Below are positions 1 to 12,100 of a DNA stretch of 58,448 bases, one piece after another. Each line of letters begins with the position of its first letter. Position 1 is the first letter of the stretch. The notes under the pieces are model-generated. The model was not told where the DNA came from and searched no databases. It worked only from the letters and a program-made list of their open reading frames with translations. Origin of the DNA: a virus (Duplodnaviria > Caudoviricetes); the IMG/VR virus record IMGVR_UViG_3300020045_008024, positions 1 through 58,448 of that record. The stretch is one strand, 5' to 3'. The translations under genes and the position numbers were made by a program.

Positions 1-121
1 CCACCTCAAGTAAGCCCTTGGCGGCTATGTCTGAAGGGCGGCGTGTTTTTATGCGCCGCCCTTTGTTGGTTTTGGATTACCTCGCAAGGTAAGGGCATAA
101 GATGGCAGCTATTAAACTCCC
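1..121. repeat. 121-bp direct terminal repeat, left copy (circular assembly overlap)
   Basis: 1-121 is identical to 58328-58448; it spans the end of the 57900 ORF and the start of the 102 ORF. Confidence 0.97.
34..73 (+). terminator. Probable intrinsic terminator after the lysis/tail block
   Basis: AAGGGCGGCG/CGCCGCCCTT stem followed by TGTTGGTTTT. Confidence 0.55.
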
Positions 122-1883
122 GACATTCGCAGGAATGATGCCGTCAATCGACGACCATTTGCTTGCCGACCAGAATGCTTCGTTCTGTGAAAACGCATGG
201 CTTTATTCCGGGTCGATGTACGGCCTTCCAGCGCGAGCGGAGCTGTACACCCTGCAGAGCCCCGCATCAACAACAGCATTCCGTATCCCGTTCAACGATG
301 GCGATCCGTCTTATCTCTATTCGAGCACATGGGTCGAGTTCGAGAACGCTGACACTGATTTTTTCAGTGCGCCTGTGGCCGGGGACACATACAAGCGCTT
401 CTACTGGACATCAACGTCCTCAATCCCGATGTACAACACGCTCGCCCGCATCATTGCCGGGCAGCCAGCGTGGAAGCTTGGTGTCCCGCAGCCGGGCAAC
501 ATCAACGTCACCTTGGCGGGCGGTTCGTCTTCCACGCTGGTGTCCCGCGCCTATGTGACTACCCTAGTCACGGAATACGGCGAGGAAGGCCCGGCCAGTA
601 GACCGGATCTGGTCAATGGTAAGATAGACGCGACTTACACAGTCCACATCGCTGCCGTCGGTGCCAATGACCTCGGCGTCGAACGCAACGTGAAGAAAAT
701 CCGCATCTATCGCACAATCACGTCGTCTATGGGGACGGCGGCATATTACATGGTGGCGGAAGTCACCGCGCTGTCCACGGCACAGACATACGATGACATT
801 CTCGAAGACGTGGATATCGCTGCCAACCCGATCCTCGAAAGCACGATCTGGACTGCCCCGCCGGATCTTGATGGTTTTGTCGTAATGCCGAATGGCATCA
901 TCGCAGGCTTTGTCAACAACGAGCTTTGGTTTTCGGAAGCCTACCGCCCGCACGCATGGCCAGCTGTCTACTCCATCACCGTCGAGTTCGACATCGTCGG
1001 CCTAGCTGTGATTGGCCAGACCCTTGTCGTTTGCACGAAGGGGAACCCGATCACAGCTGCCGGTGTCAACCCGTCATCGATCACCACATCAAAGCTGGCG
1101 GCGTTCGAGCCATGCCTGACGAAGGGCTCCATTCTTCCGACAGAGAACGGGGTTTATTACGCATCGCCAAACGGCATCATTCTGGTCAATTCCGGCTATG
1201 CACAGAACATCACCAGCCAGTTCATTTCCCATGACACGTGGAGTGAGATCGTTGACCGTGGCCGGGTGAACGCCGGGCGCTTCGGTAGTGCATATTACGC
1301 CTATGGGGCGGCCACCAGCGCAGCGTTCCAGCAGAACGCCTTCCAGAGCAACATGGTGCAGCAGGAAGACACTGGCGGGACATCTGACGGGTTCATGATT
1401 GACCCTGTAAACCAGAACATGGGGTTCACCTATCTGGCGGACGACAAAGACATCATCTCGATCTACAACGACGCCTATTCCGGCGAGATGCTTTTCGTGC
1501 GCGATGGCAAGGTATGCTGGCTCGACCAGCGCAAGGGGTATAAGGCAACCCCGTTCACATGGCGGTCCAAGATATTCCAGCCGCCAAAGATCGACAACTT
1601 TGCAGCCCTGAAAGTTTTCTTCTACACGGACGAGGATTACCTGCCGTCTGCACCACAGGATTTTAGCGTGGCGCAGACATTTGACCCGTTGACAAAAATG
1701 GGGGTCATCCGCATCATAGCAGACGGAAAGACAATCGCCGCCCGCGAGATACGGAAGCCCGGTGAGTTGTTCCGTCTACCATCCGGCTTCAAAGCCGACT
1801 TCTGGCAAATCGAGTTCGAGGGGCGTGTTCGGGTGAAGAGCATCCAGATGGCCACCTCTGTTAAGGAGCTATCAGGTGTATAA
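102..1883 (+). CDS. Podovirus tail nozzle/stabilisation protein (tail tubular B or P22 gp10-like position)
   Basis: 593 aa, beta-rich; YVTTLVTEYGEEGPAS, LWFSEAYRPHAWP and WRSKIF motifs; lies just before the GNAT and ejection genes. Confidence 0.7.
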   Translation: MAAIKLPTFAGMMPSIDDHLLADQNASFCENAWLYSGSMYGLPARAELYTLQSPASTTAFRIPFNDGDPSYLYSSTWVEFENADTDFFSAPVAGDTYKRFYWTSTSSIPMYNTLARIIAGQPAWKLGVPQPGNINVTLAGGSSSTLVSRAYVTTLVTEYGEEGPASRPDLVNGKIDATYTVHIAAVGANDLGVERNVKKIRIYRTITSSMGTAAYYMVAEVTALSTAQTYDDILEDVDIAANPILESTIWTAPPDLDGFVVMPNGIIAGFVNNELWFSEAYRPHAWPAVYSITVEFDIVGLAVIGQTLVVCTKGNPITAAGVNPSSITTSKLAAFEPCLTKGSILPTENGVYYASPNGIILVNSGYAQNITSQFISHDTWSEIVDRGRVNAGRFGSAYYAYGAATSAAFQQNAFQSNMVQQEDTGGTSDGFMIDPVNQNMGFTYLADDKDIISIYNDAYSGEMLFVRDGKVCWLDQRKGYKATPFTWRSKIFQPPKIDNFAALKVFFYTDEDYLPSAPQDFSVAQTFDPLTKMGVIRIIADGKTIAAREIRKPGELFRLPSGFKADFWQIEFEGRVRVKSIQMATSVKELSGV

Positions 1884-2058
1884 GTTTCCCGCCATCCCAG
1901 AGCCCACCACAGACGTTCGATCCCTGCAGGCGTCTGTGGCATCCCTGAAAGAGGCAGTCGAGCTGCTGACCGGCCAGCGGGGCGCACAGGCCCGTCCAGT
2001 GTCATGGGGTGACCTTGTTCGGCTTGGCATAGTCACGGAACAGGACATCCCGCGATGA
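1876..2058 (+). CDS. Small hypothetical virion-cluster protein
   Basis: 60 aa, GTG start, overlaps both neighbouring genes. Confidence 0.6.
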   Translation: MYKFPAIPEPTTDVRSLQASVASLKEAVELLTGQRGAQARPVSWGDLVRLGIVTEQDIPR

Positions 2059-2507
2059 TCAACACTGGCAACGTCGATCACGGCGAGCAGATAATGTCGT
2101 CCATTGGATCGGCGTTCACAAAAGTTACCATGCAGGTAATAAGCCGCAGCGAGAACGGTGTTCTCTTGGGCGGCGCGGTCTATGAAAACTACACCGGCAA
2201 GGGTGGATCCCTGTTGACCCATGTTGCCGGCTTTGCCCCGAATTGGGTCAACAGGGATCTGCTTTGGGTCATGTTCGACTACCCGTTTATCCAGCTTGAC
2301 TGCACGCAAGCGTTCTCCCAAGTCGCGGCGAAAAACAAGGCGTCTCTGTCCTTTTGCAAGAACTTGGGCTTTCAGGAAGTAATCACCTTGGGGGGTGTAT
2401 TTCCCGATGACGATATGATATTACTGCGGATGAAACGCAGCGAATGCCGCTTCCTGAAAATTCAACCAAAGACAATCTTTCCACGAAGGATCACCAACGA
2501 TGGGTAA
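2055..2507 (+). CDS. GNAT-fold acetyltransferase-like protein (T7 gp13/P22 gp14 position)
   Basis: FDYPF..L and NKASLSFCKNLGFQE GNAT C-terminal motif; between nozzle and ejection genes. Confidence 0.75.
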   Translation: MINTGNVDHGEQIMSSIGSAFTKVTMQVISRSENGVLLGGAVYENYTGKGGSLLTHVAGFAPNWVNRDLLWVMFDYPFIQLDCTQAFSQVAAKNKASLSFCKNLGFQEVITLGGVFPDDDMILLRMKRSECRFLKIQPKTIFPRRITNDG

Positions 2508-3597
2508 GCCAAGCGCGCCAGAACCGCCGGACTACACAGAGGTCGCTGCCGCATCGGAGAAGGCGTCGAAGTATGCTTTCCGTATTGCCAAGCAGCAACT
2601 CGCGTGGGCCAAGGAACAGTACTCCATGGACGCCAAAGTCTACGACCGTGTCGTGGACGGCTTTTTGGAAGACATGGATGTTAACTCGAAGAACGCTGCA
2701 GAAGATCGCCGCTTCTACGAGAACAATTTCCGGCCGCTCGAAAAAGACCTCGCCAAGGAAGCACAGAACTATGACACAGCGGCCCGCCGCCGCGAGGAAA
2801 TGGGCGCAGCGCAGGCCGGCGTTGCCGAGCAGTTCGCCGCCCAGCGTGAGAACGCCCAGCGCGAGCTAGAGGCGTATGGCATCGACCCGTCTTCGACACG
2901 CTACGCTGCCCTCGACATCGGCGTTCGCACATCGCAGGCCGCCACGCAGGCCGCCGCAGGGACTGCTGCAAGCAACCGCGTCGAAGACGTTGGCCGCGCA
3001 CTCAGGTCTGAAGCGATCAATGTTGGCCGTGGATACCCCGGCCAGATCGCCAGCAGCTACCAGACAGCCGCACAGATGGGCTCCGGTGCATCTGGTGCTA
3101 CAGGGCAGGCCACATCCATCGGCGGCCAGACCATGGGCACTGGACTGCAGTGGCAGGGTGCTGGCAACCAAGCCGTCGGCCAGTGGGGCAACACCCTCAA
3201 CATGGGATACAACAACCAGATCCAGCAGTTCAACGCAAACCAGCAGGCGTCGTCCGGTTGGGGCAGTGCGCTTGGCCTCATTGGGGGCCTCGCTACTGGC
3301 ATGTTCGAGGACGGCGGGTATGTGCAAGAGCAGGCTATTGACGATGGGCAGCGCGGTGGTGTAATCCACGAAGGGATGTCCCCGTCCGGCGGGGAAGTCG
3401 TCGACGATGTTCCCGCCCGCCTGAATGCTGGCGAGTTCGTCATCCCCGACGATGTCGTTTCATGGTACGGCGAGAAGCACATGTACGGCCTCATCGAGAA
3501 AGCCTCGAAGGAACGCGACATGGCAAAGCAGACTACCGGGGCCATCCCTGAAGAGGGTCCGCCTTTGCAGTCCGCTCCTGTCTACCAGTCTGCATAA
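2500..3597 (+). CDS. Internal virion/ejection protein 1
   Basis: MGKPSAPEPPDY start; Ala/Gly/Gln-rich; hydrophobic GSALGLIGGLATG; DDVPARLNAGEFVIPDDVV motif. Confidence 0.7.
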   Translation: MGKPSAPEPPDYTEVAAASEKASKYAFRIAKQQLAWAKEQYSMDAKVYDRVVDGFLEDMDVNSKNAAEDRRFYENNFRPLEKDLAKEAQNYDTAARRREEMGAAQAGVAEQFAAQRENAQRELEAYGIDPSSTRYAALDIGVRTSQAATQAAAGTAASNRVEDVGRALRSEAINVGRGYPGQIASSYQTAAQMGSGASGATGQATSIGGQTMGTGLQWQGAGNQAVGQWGNTLNMGYNNQIQQFNANQQASSGWGSALGLIGGLATGMFEDGGYVQEQAIDDGQRGGVIHEGMSPSGGEVVDDVPARLNAGEFVIPDDVVSWYGEKHMYGLIEKASKERDMAKQTTGAIPEEGPPLQSAPVYQSA

Positions 3598-3618
3598 TTA
3601 CCGCGAAAGGTAACTCAA

Positions 3619-6069
3619 ATGGGTTTCGGTGCCGAACTAAAAGATTTTGTCGGGGCGTTCGAGAGTGGTTACAAGATGACCTCGGACCGCGAAGAGCGCA
3701 AGAACAAGAAAGCGCAGCAGGAAGCTGACTTCAAGCGCACTGGCGAATGGCATGACGACGACAAGAACTATCGCGACGACAAGTTCGAATACGACAAGGC
3801 GCAGGATAGCTGGCGTCGGGGTAAGTGGGAACAAGAGTTCGATTACCGCCGGCGGCAAGACGGGACCATACAGGGCCGTTGGGAAGAGCAGCAATCTGCT
3901 GATGAGAAGGACAGGCAGCTGAAGCGCGATGCCCTGCGCATCGGTGCAGCAAAAGACGGCGTCGACCCAGAGCAGATGAGAGAGCGCGATGGGTATGTTG
4001 CGCCCACTGACCGCGCACAGCCGCAAGCGCTGCCGGACGACGAGCAGAGCCTGAATGACACTGGTGATGCAACACTGCAGCAGACTTCTACCAGCACTGG
4101 CGATTTCAGCCTGCGGAACTATCTGGCATCTGTTAAGCATTCGGAGAGCGGCGGCCGTCTTCGTGCGAAGAACTCGGAGTCTTCCGCCTATGGGCCATAC
4201 CAGTTCCTTCGCGGGACGTGGGATCAGCTTGCAAGGCAGCACCCGAAGCTCGGCCTCACTCATGACGGCCGGGACGACCCGGAGCAGAACGAGCGCGCCA
4301 TCCGCCAGTTTACCTACAACAACGCCCTCGCCCTCGACAGGGCCGGCATCCCAGTCACCAATGGGACTGTCTACGCAGCGCATTTTCTTGGACCCGGCGA
4401 CGCTCCTAAGCTTCTCCGGCATTCTTCCGACACCCCGGTAAGTGAGGTTCTTGGGCGTAAAACTCTAAGTGCCAATCCGTTCCTTCGCGGGATGACCGTT
4501 GGCGACTTCCGCCGTTGGGCCGAACGCAAGGGCAACTCCCGCTCGCGCCGCCGTCAGGCCATCCCAGACGACGGTGCAGTCAGCGCAGCATCAGGCGGCC
4601 TGATCGAAGAGACAGCGCCGGATGACTTCATTCTGCCTATGGACGAAGCGGCCCCGATCCCAGAAGAGCGCCCGGCCGATGCTCCGGTTGCTACTGCAAT
4701 CCCCGAAGAGCAGGCTACGGTGCCGGCCCCCGACTATTCGGGAGAAGTTACTTCCGAAGGTAAGGAAGAGCCCACCGACGATCCGTGGGAGCAAGGCCGC
4801 CGCGCTGTGCGTGATGGCATGAAAAAGTCCATCAAGGACGCCGGCATGGACAGAGATGACGGTGCCATCGACGACCCCGAGCTTGAGGCTATCCGGCAGA
4901 ATTACCTCAAGGGGTATGGCGCTGCCCCGTCGCAGATGATGAAGCAGGTGGCCGACAAGATCGACCCAGACAAACAGATGCCCCCTGCAGAGCGCAACAT
5001 GAAGGCGATGGGGACCGTCTACCAATATTACATGGAGAAGGGCGAGCCGGAGAAGGCTCAGGCTGCTGCTGCGTCCATGGTGCAATACTACCGGGGTGCT
5101 TCGCAGCAGTTCCTTGCTCTTGCACAGAGCGCGGCTGAAAATGGCGACCTCGACAATGCTGCAAAGATGGCCATTGCTGCTTATGCCAACATCCCGAACG
5201 GCCGTGACATGTCCATCAAAAAGACAGAAGATGGCCAGTATGACATCTCAGTTGTTGACATCAAAACTGGCAAAACGGTCAACAAGAAACTCCTACCACC
5301 GGACCAGTTCGCTGCTGCCGCCATGGGCTTCAACGCCAAGACGTTTGACGATGAAATCCTGAACGCTGCCGGTGTGCCGGCTGACAAATACACAGACGCA
5401 TCTGTGGCCGACATCAGCAAAGTGGCGGAAGCTGCGCAGATGCAGGCAGAAGAGATGTTCCCAGACATGCTGCCGGCCCGGCGCTCGCTGCTTGCAGACA
5501 GCGCAGCCAGCATCGCGGCCATCAAGGAAAACGGGCTTTCTGCAAGCGATGCTCTTCGCCTAGTAGACCCCGGCGACGACGCGAGAGGTTTCGCGCCTGC
5601 GCTTGTCCCTAAAGCTGTTCGCGGGAACCCCGACCTTGTCGAGGTTACTGCTGGCGAGCAGAAGGTTATCATGCGCAAGAACACGCTTCGGCAGCTCCTC
5701 AAGGATCGTGCGACGGTGGCTGGGGAGCAGCAGGCGCTCAATGAAAAGAGAAAGACGGGCGCAAAGGACACGGAGAATACTATCAAGGATTTTTCGAATG
5801 CTGGCGATAAAATGAACGCTGCCGCTGATGAAGCAATGCAGGTTCCAGATAAAATCGTCAACGGCGCTATCGACACTGGAAAGGATATTTACAACAAGCT
5901 CATCGTCGAGCCCACCAGTGTCAAGGTCGACCGGCAGAGGCAGGATATTGTAGACGCTATCGCTGCCTACAAAAAGCAGCCTGATCCCGAAGAATTTGCA
6001 GGCGAGATTTCCGAACTTGAAGCCCGCCTGCGGATGCTCGATAGTCGTGGTGCCATCCCCGATGAATAG
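3619..6069 (+). CDS. Internal virion protein with lysozyme-like/lytic transglycosylase domain
   Basis: HSESGG...SSAYGPYQFLRGTW...YAAHFLGPG lysozyme-fold motifs near 4140-4400. Confidence 0.8.
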   Translation: MGFGAELKDFVGAFESGYKMTSDREERKNKKAQQEADFKRTGEWHDDDKNYRDDKFEYDKAQDSWRRGKWEQEFDYRRRQDGTIQGRWEEQQSADEKDRQLKRDALRIGAAKDGVDPEQMRERDGYVAPTDRAQPQALPDDEQSLNDTGDATLQQTSTSTGDFSLRNYLASVKHSESGGRLRAKNSESSAYGPYQFLRGTWDQLARQHPKLGLTHDGRDDPEQNERAIRQFTYNNALALDRAGIPVTNGTVYAAHFLGPGDAPKLLRHSSDTPVSEVLGRKTLSANPFLRGMTVGDFRRWAERKGNSRSRRRQAIPDDGAVSAASGGLIEETAPDDFILPMDEAAPIPEERPADAPVATAIPEEQATVPAPDYSGEVTSEGKEEPTDDPWEQGRRAVRDGMKKSIKDAGMDRDDGAIDDPELEAIRQNYLKGYGAAPSQMMKQVADKIDPDKQMPPAERNMKAMGTVYQYYMEKGEPEKAQAAAASMVQYYRGASQQFLALAQSAAENGDLDNAAKMAIAAYANIPNGRDMSIKKTEDGQYDISVVDIKTGKTVNKKLLPPDQFAAAAMGFNAKTFDDEILNAAGVPADKYTDASVADISKVAEAAQMQAEEMFPDMLPARRSLLADSAASIAAIKENGLSASDALRLVDPGDDARGFAPALVPKAVRGNPDLVEVTAGEQKVIMRKNTLRQLLKDRATVAGEQQALNEKRKTGAKDTENTIKDFSNAGDKMNAAADEAMQVPDKIVNGAIDTGKDIYNKLIVEPTSVKVDRQRQDIVDAIAAYKKQPDPEEFAGEISELEARLRMLDSRGAIPDE

Positions 6070-6148
6070 CCCTTGATATAGGGGAGCGGATAAAGTAAGT
6101 TACCGCCGAAGGTAACCAACCGCTCCCCCATTTCCAAGGTGAATACAT

Positions 6149-9100
6149 ATGGCCGAAGACGATCTCAGCGAATTTGTCGATCCGTTTGCAAGCAAAGAAT
6201 TTCGCGAAGCGACCGGCAACAAGATCATCGACCTGTCGGCTACCCCCCAAACTGAAAGCAGCTGGACGGATTATCCCGCAGCACTCGGATCTCGTGCAGC
6301 TGGCATCGGTGCTGATCTAAGCGCGACTGTCCGCGCCATCAGCGAAGATCGAAATGCTGATAGTGGTAGCAAAGCTTCGGCGGCTTCCGCTGCACTTGGC
6401 AAATTCGGCCAAACCCTCTTTGGTATGTTGGAAAGAGACGCAAAGGGGGCGATGACCGACGAAGGCCGGTCTGACCTCGACAGCACCATTACCGATCCGA
6501 ATTTCTGGACACTGAACTCGTTGGCGCTGAAGACAACCAACATGGCCCCCGATGTCATTGCATCGGCGGTCCCCGCTGTTGCGTTCAGGAGTGCAGCAGC
6601 AGCAGGCATAGTGAGCGGCACACTATCCGCGTCCCAGATGGTGGACGACTTCTATGCCCAGACGGACGCAATGTCCGACGAAGAGCTACGCCAGATCCCG
6701 ATGTACCGCGACTTGCGCAAGCAGGGTGCGACAGAAGAGGCTGCGCGTTCGAGCTATAACTCGTTCATCCGTGGGAACCGCCCGCTGTGGATCGGTGCAT
6801 TCACAGCGCTCACTAACAGCCTTACCCCGGGAGGCAAGATCGCGGGGGCTTTTGCTGGCACTGCAGAGAAGGCTGTTGGCGAGGTGGCAGAAGGCGTCGT
6901 AAAGCGCACTGTCAAGGGTGGAGCTGAAGGTGCCATTTCCGAAGGTGCTCAGGAAGGAACGCAGGACTACCTCACCCAGCAGGGCGAAGTAGCCGGGCAG
7001 TTGCGTGACAAGATTGACCCAAGCCAGACGGCCAACGCCGCTGCCACAGGTGCCGTCCTAGGAACAGTTCTGGGTGCAGGCGTCAGCGCGGTTACTGGTG
7101 GCAAGACAGCGGCAAAGCCAACACCGGAAGTGACACCGGAAGAGGCCATACCTTCAGAGGTAACACCGGCCACCCCCACGGAAACAACCCCTGTCGTGCC
7201 GTCTGAAGCAGTGGGCACTGAAGCGACGATTGCGCAGGACATGCAGTCGCTGAAGAACCACGGCAAAAAGTACGCCGAAATTGACGCTGCACAGCAGGCC
7301 GAAGTCGACGCCAAGCTTACTTCACGTGGGTTGAAGACGAACCCGAACGCCGCCAAGCCTGTTGAAGCTGTGGCAAAGCCGGGCGTATCGGTGGTGGAAG
7401 CCGCCGCGCCGAATGATGCACAGATACTTGCCATCACCAAGGGTAAAAAGAAAAAGCCGACTGCTGTGCTCCCAACGGACCAAGCCGTGGCAGTGGCGCT
7501 CCCGCCAGTCGAGCAGCCAGTTGCAGCACCTGTCGAGCAGGCCCCCGTGCAGCCAGTTGCAGCACCTGTCGAGCAGGCCCAGCCCGTTACCCCCGAGGTA
7601 ATTCAGGAAACCCCCACAGCTGCCCAGCCAGTGGCTTCAGAGCCTGTGGTGGCCCAACCAACCCAGACAATCGTAGAACCCACTCCTGCGCCAGCTGTGG
7701 CCGAACCTGCTATGGTCCCCGACGCTCCGGTGGTGGCCCCGAAGGGTCCGCGCATCCTAACCGACCCTGTTGCCGAAGCGAAGGCAGCAGCTGACTACGA
7801 TGCACAGCTCGAAAAGAACCTGCGTGGCGCTGCAGAAGCTGACAACAAGCTCATGAAGACTGCGGCGGCAGCTGACAGCCCAGAGGCGCTGGACATCAAG
7901 TCCAAGATCTCTGCGAAAAAGCGTGCTGACATCGTGGCCAATCATGAGCGCGCCAACAAGGTTATGGAAGCTCATCTGCCGGCGGACATTGAGCAGGGCG
8001 TATTCAGCACGAAGCCCGACCGCATCGTTGCCGGCCGCAAAGCCATGCTCGACCGTGCAACCGCTATGCTTGCGCAGGCGGAAAAGGACGGGGTGGCCAT
8101 CCTAGATAAGCTGAAAGACAACACCGACAGGGAAGTGGCCCCTACACCTGCGGCCATTCTTCTGGCAGAAGCCCGTGGCCTTGTTCGTGCTGCGGCGAAG
8201 GCTAAGGCCGAAGGTAAGGAAGTGAGCAAGGCTCGCCTGCAGGAGTTCTCCAAGCGCGAATTCTCGCTGCGCATCGGTGACGCCAAGGATGTACTCGAAG
8301 CCCGTCGCGTTGCCGGTGATGCTGCGAAGAAAGTTGTGTCGTCTGATGAAGTCGTCGGCGCGACTGTTGACGAGGACGTGCAGGAGCTTGGTGACGGCGC
8401 TCCGATCGAAGACGGCGAGTTCACGGATGATGGCGACCGTGTCGACACCACACCGGACGACGAGGCGGCCAACACCGGGAACCCGGAAGACGCCATTATC
8501 CGCAAGGAAGAGGGCGAAGTTGCCTCAGAGGTAGAAGGCAAGCAGCGCCCGGTCGCAGCCAAGGTCAAGGCTATGGGCGAGGGAGAGGGCTTCACAACCC
8601 CGAAGACCGATACCCGCAAGGCTGTCGTCGAGACGAAGAAAAAGCGTGTCTTCGTCAAGCCGGCGGCTAAAGAGCCAAGCCCGGCGGCAGCGCGCAAGCT
8701 GGCTGAAATCAAGCTCACCGTTGCCGAACAGCGTGTCGGACGGCAGATCGTCGAGGATGCCATTGCCGAAGACAAGGCTGCAAAGGCCACGGTCAAGGAG
8801 CGTATTGAGAAAGCACGTGGGGAGACGAACACCGCCCCCACACAGGCGCAGGCCACTGCTGGCAATTACAAGAAAGGCAAGGTCAGCATCGACGGTGTGG
8901 CCATCGCCATCGAGAACCCGAAGGGGTCTGTCCGGTCCAACAAGGATCCGGCCGGCCCGGCGTGGTCTGTCAAGATGCGCCATGACTATGGTTACCTCGA
9001 AGGTACGAAAGGTGCCGACGGCGATCCGATTGACGTTTACGTCGGCCCGAAGCCCGATGCGACTTACGTCTATGTCGTCGATCAGATCGACCCGTTTACC

Positions 9101-12100
9101 CAAGCGTTCGATGAACACAAGGTTATGTTTGGCTTTGATACACAGCAGGAAGCTGTTCGCGCCTACGATGCTGCGTTTTCCGATGGCCTAGGCATCAACC
9201 GCATCGGCGGCATGGCGCAGATGACACGCGAAGAGTTCAAGGCGTGGTCGAAGTCTGCCCAGCAGGAGCGCTCCGACCTGTCCACGGCCCGAGCTGATGA
9301 AATGCGTTCGCTGATGGTTGGGGAGCCGGACCCTGATGTGGCCACCTACTCCGTCGATGCAACTCTTGCAGAGGAGCTGCGGCGCGAAGTTGCGTTCACT
9401 GGCAAGGTTCGCGACGGGTATGTGCTCGACCCGCTGACCAAGCGCTTCGCCAAGGCTGTCCGCGAAATGTCGGTCAGCGATGCACTGTGGGAGGTTGATC
9501 TGTCCAATCTCGCTGGTGCGCCCCGGGTGATTGCCGGCACGGCGCGGGCGCAGCTCACCAAGCTTGTCGGTGATATGCGCATCCATATTGTCACCAACGC
9601 CGATATCCTGCGCCTTTCCAACTATTCCCCGACCGTAAAACTCAACGGCTACCATGCGTTCAACGCTGCTGCCAAAGACAGCGATGTCATTATCATCAAC
9701 CAAGATCTTCTGGCCAACCCTGACAAGTTCCGGCATGTCGTGCTGCATGAAGTCACCCACGCGGCGACTGTTCGTGGCATGGTGCAGGACACCACTCTAC
9801 TCAACAACATCATCAACTCGGCCAACTACATCCGTGATTATCTTCGGAAGGCGGGCCGGCAGGAAGACCTCGACGCTGTTGCCTATGGGACAACAGGCGC
9901 GAACGGCGTGACGGCAGCGAAAGAGTTCATTGCCGAAGCATTCTCGAACAAGCGCTTCCAAGAAATCCTAGCCACGATCCCCGCTCACGAAAAGATGGTC
10001 GAGTATTTCAAGCTCGGTGAGAGCCGCAAGACCATGTGGGGCGCACTGGTGTCGGCTGTCCGGCGCGCACTCAAGATGCCCGATGGCTCTTACAACGTGC
10101 TTGAGGTCGCTATCCGGCTAACTGAAGACGCGATGAAGCCCCGCGTCAACGCTGTCGAAGATCTGGAAAACTTCTTCAACGCCCGCTCGTTCCTTGGGGA
10201 AGGCATGGCGAAGTCCGTCGGTGATCAGGCCCGCAGGATCGTCAAGGACTTTGAGGCACGGCAGGAGTATGCGCCGACCAAGGGCAACCCTTGGCTTATC
10301 GGCCTGCGCACCCTCGACAGCATCGCCCGGGCTTCGGATCGTTACTTCAAGGGTAACAATGTCGTCCGCAAAATCGCCAACATCATGGAAGGCCAGCGCG
10401 TCGCTGCCATCCGTGAGTTCGATGCTGCCGCCCCAATCATCCAGAAGCTCCACAGCCTCGAACGAAAGTACCAAGGCAAGGTGTGGGAAGACTTCACCCA
10501 GCTGGTTCACGACGAGACGATGGCCGGTGTCTACGCTGACCGCCCTCTTTCCGACCAGAAGCACATCAGTGCCAAGGGCAAGAAAGACACGTGGCAGCGC
10601 TCGCAGCACCCCGTCCTCGCCAAGATGCACGCCGCGCTCCCTGCCGATCTGAAGGTAGCCCGGCTCGAAGCTATGAGCTATTTCCGCGACAAGCAGAACG
10701 AGGTGGCTGTCAAGCTCATCCGCAACCGCATCGTCACGCTGTTTGACACGACGGATCCCGATGGTATGGCGACCCGGCTCCATGAAGGCAAAGCCACGGA
10801 CGCTGACAAGCTCCTCATGAGCGAGGCATACGATGCCATTGCAGCCGCTGGTGTTCTGTCCAAGATCAATGGCCCGTATTTCCCGCTCATGCGCCGTGGC
10901 AATTACGTGGTCAAGGGGAAGACGGAAGTTACCTTGCCGGGTAACGCGACCCGCATTTCCGACAACGAGTTCGAGTTCACCGATGCCGATGCAGCGGCTG
11001 AGTTCTCACAGTCGCAGTCCGGCCGCCCGACAATCCGCACCATCTACGTGGACAAGGACACCGGGGCAACGACTGGCACTGAAGACGGCAAGACCGTTCG
11101 TCTCGGTTCCAACGACATGAACGCCGTCCCGCGCTACCGTGTGGTTGTCCAGAACCGCCACATGGAGATGTTCGACACCATGAAGCAAGCTCGTGACCGC
11201 GTGGCGCAGCTGCGTGCCAAGGGCATTCAGGCTGACGACGCGGTGCCACGGTCTTTTGAAGCACATGGCCTGCAGACCGATGCCCTGTCCACACAGATGC
11301 GTCGGATGAACACCGTGCTTGAGCGCCGGGCAGATGAACGCCAGTTCACCCCCACCCAGAAGCAGGAGCTTTTGGACACGCTCAACGAGATGTCTATCAA
11401 CATGCTCGGATCGACCCGCATCCAGTCCCGCCACCTGCCGCGCCAGTATGTCGCTGGTGCGTCGAAGGATCTGGTGCGCAACACGACTGACTATGCGCAC
11501 AGCATGGGCAACTACGTCGCCAAGCTGGACTATCGCCCGCAGCTCGACACCGCTTTGGTCGAGCTTGACGATGCAGTAAAGGCCAACGCTGCTGACGGCC
11601 TGTCCGCCGGCCGCACGGCTATCCAGAACGAGATCGTTCGCCGCGTCACCACCGCAAACCCGATTGCTGAAAACCAGTTCGGCAACGCGGTGACGAAGCG
11701 CATTCTTGCCGTGTCGTTCATCGACAAGCTCATGTCGCCTTCGTATTCCGTGATCAACGCCCTGCAGCCGATGATGACGACGGCACCATACCTTGCTGGC
11801 CACTATGGCGCTGGCCGGGCCTACGCCGCCATGTCCAAGGCGTACAGCGACGTTGGATCCCTGAAGGTGCTCAAGGAAGGCTTTATCGCCACGGCTGACA
11901 AGGTCCGCGCCGGCCGCGAGAACGTGCCGACAGACCCGGTGAACCTGATCAAGTCCCGCCTGAAGAACAAGCAAGAGATCGCCATGCTCGACATCCTTAT
12001 CGAGCGCGGATCGCTCGACGTTGAGAGTGGGCTTGAAGTCTCTGAAATGGTCCGTGACAAAGCCGGTATTATCGGCAAGCTGGACACTGGTATCGGTTAC

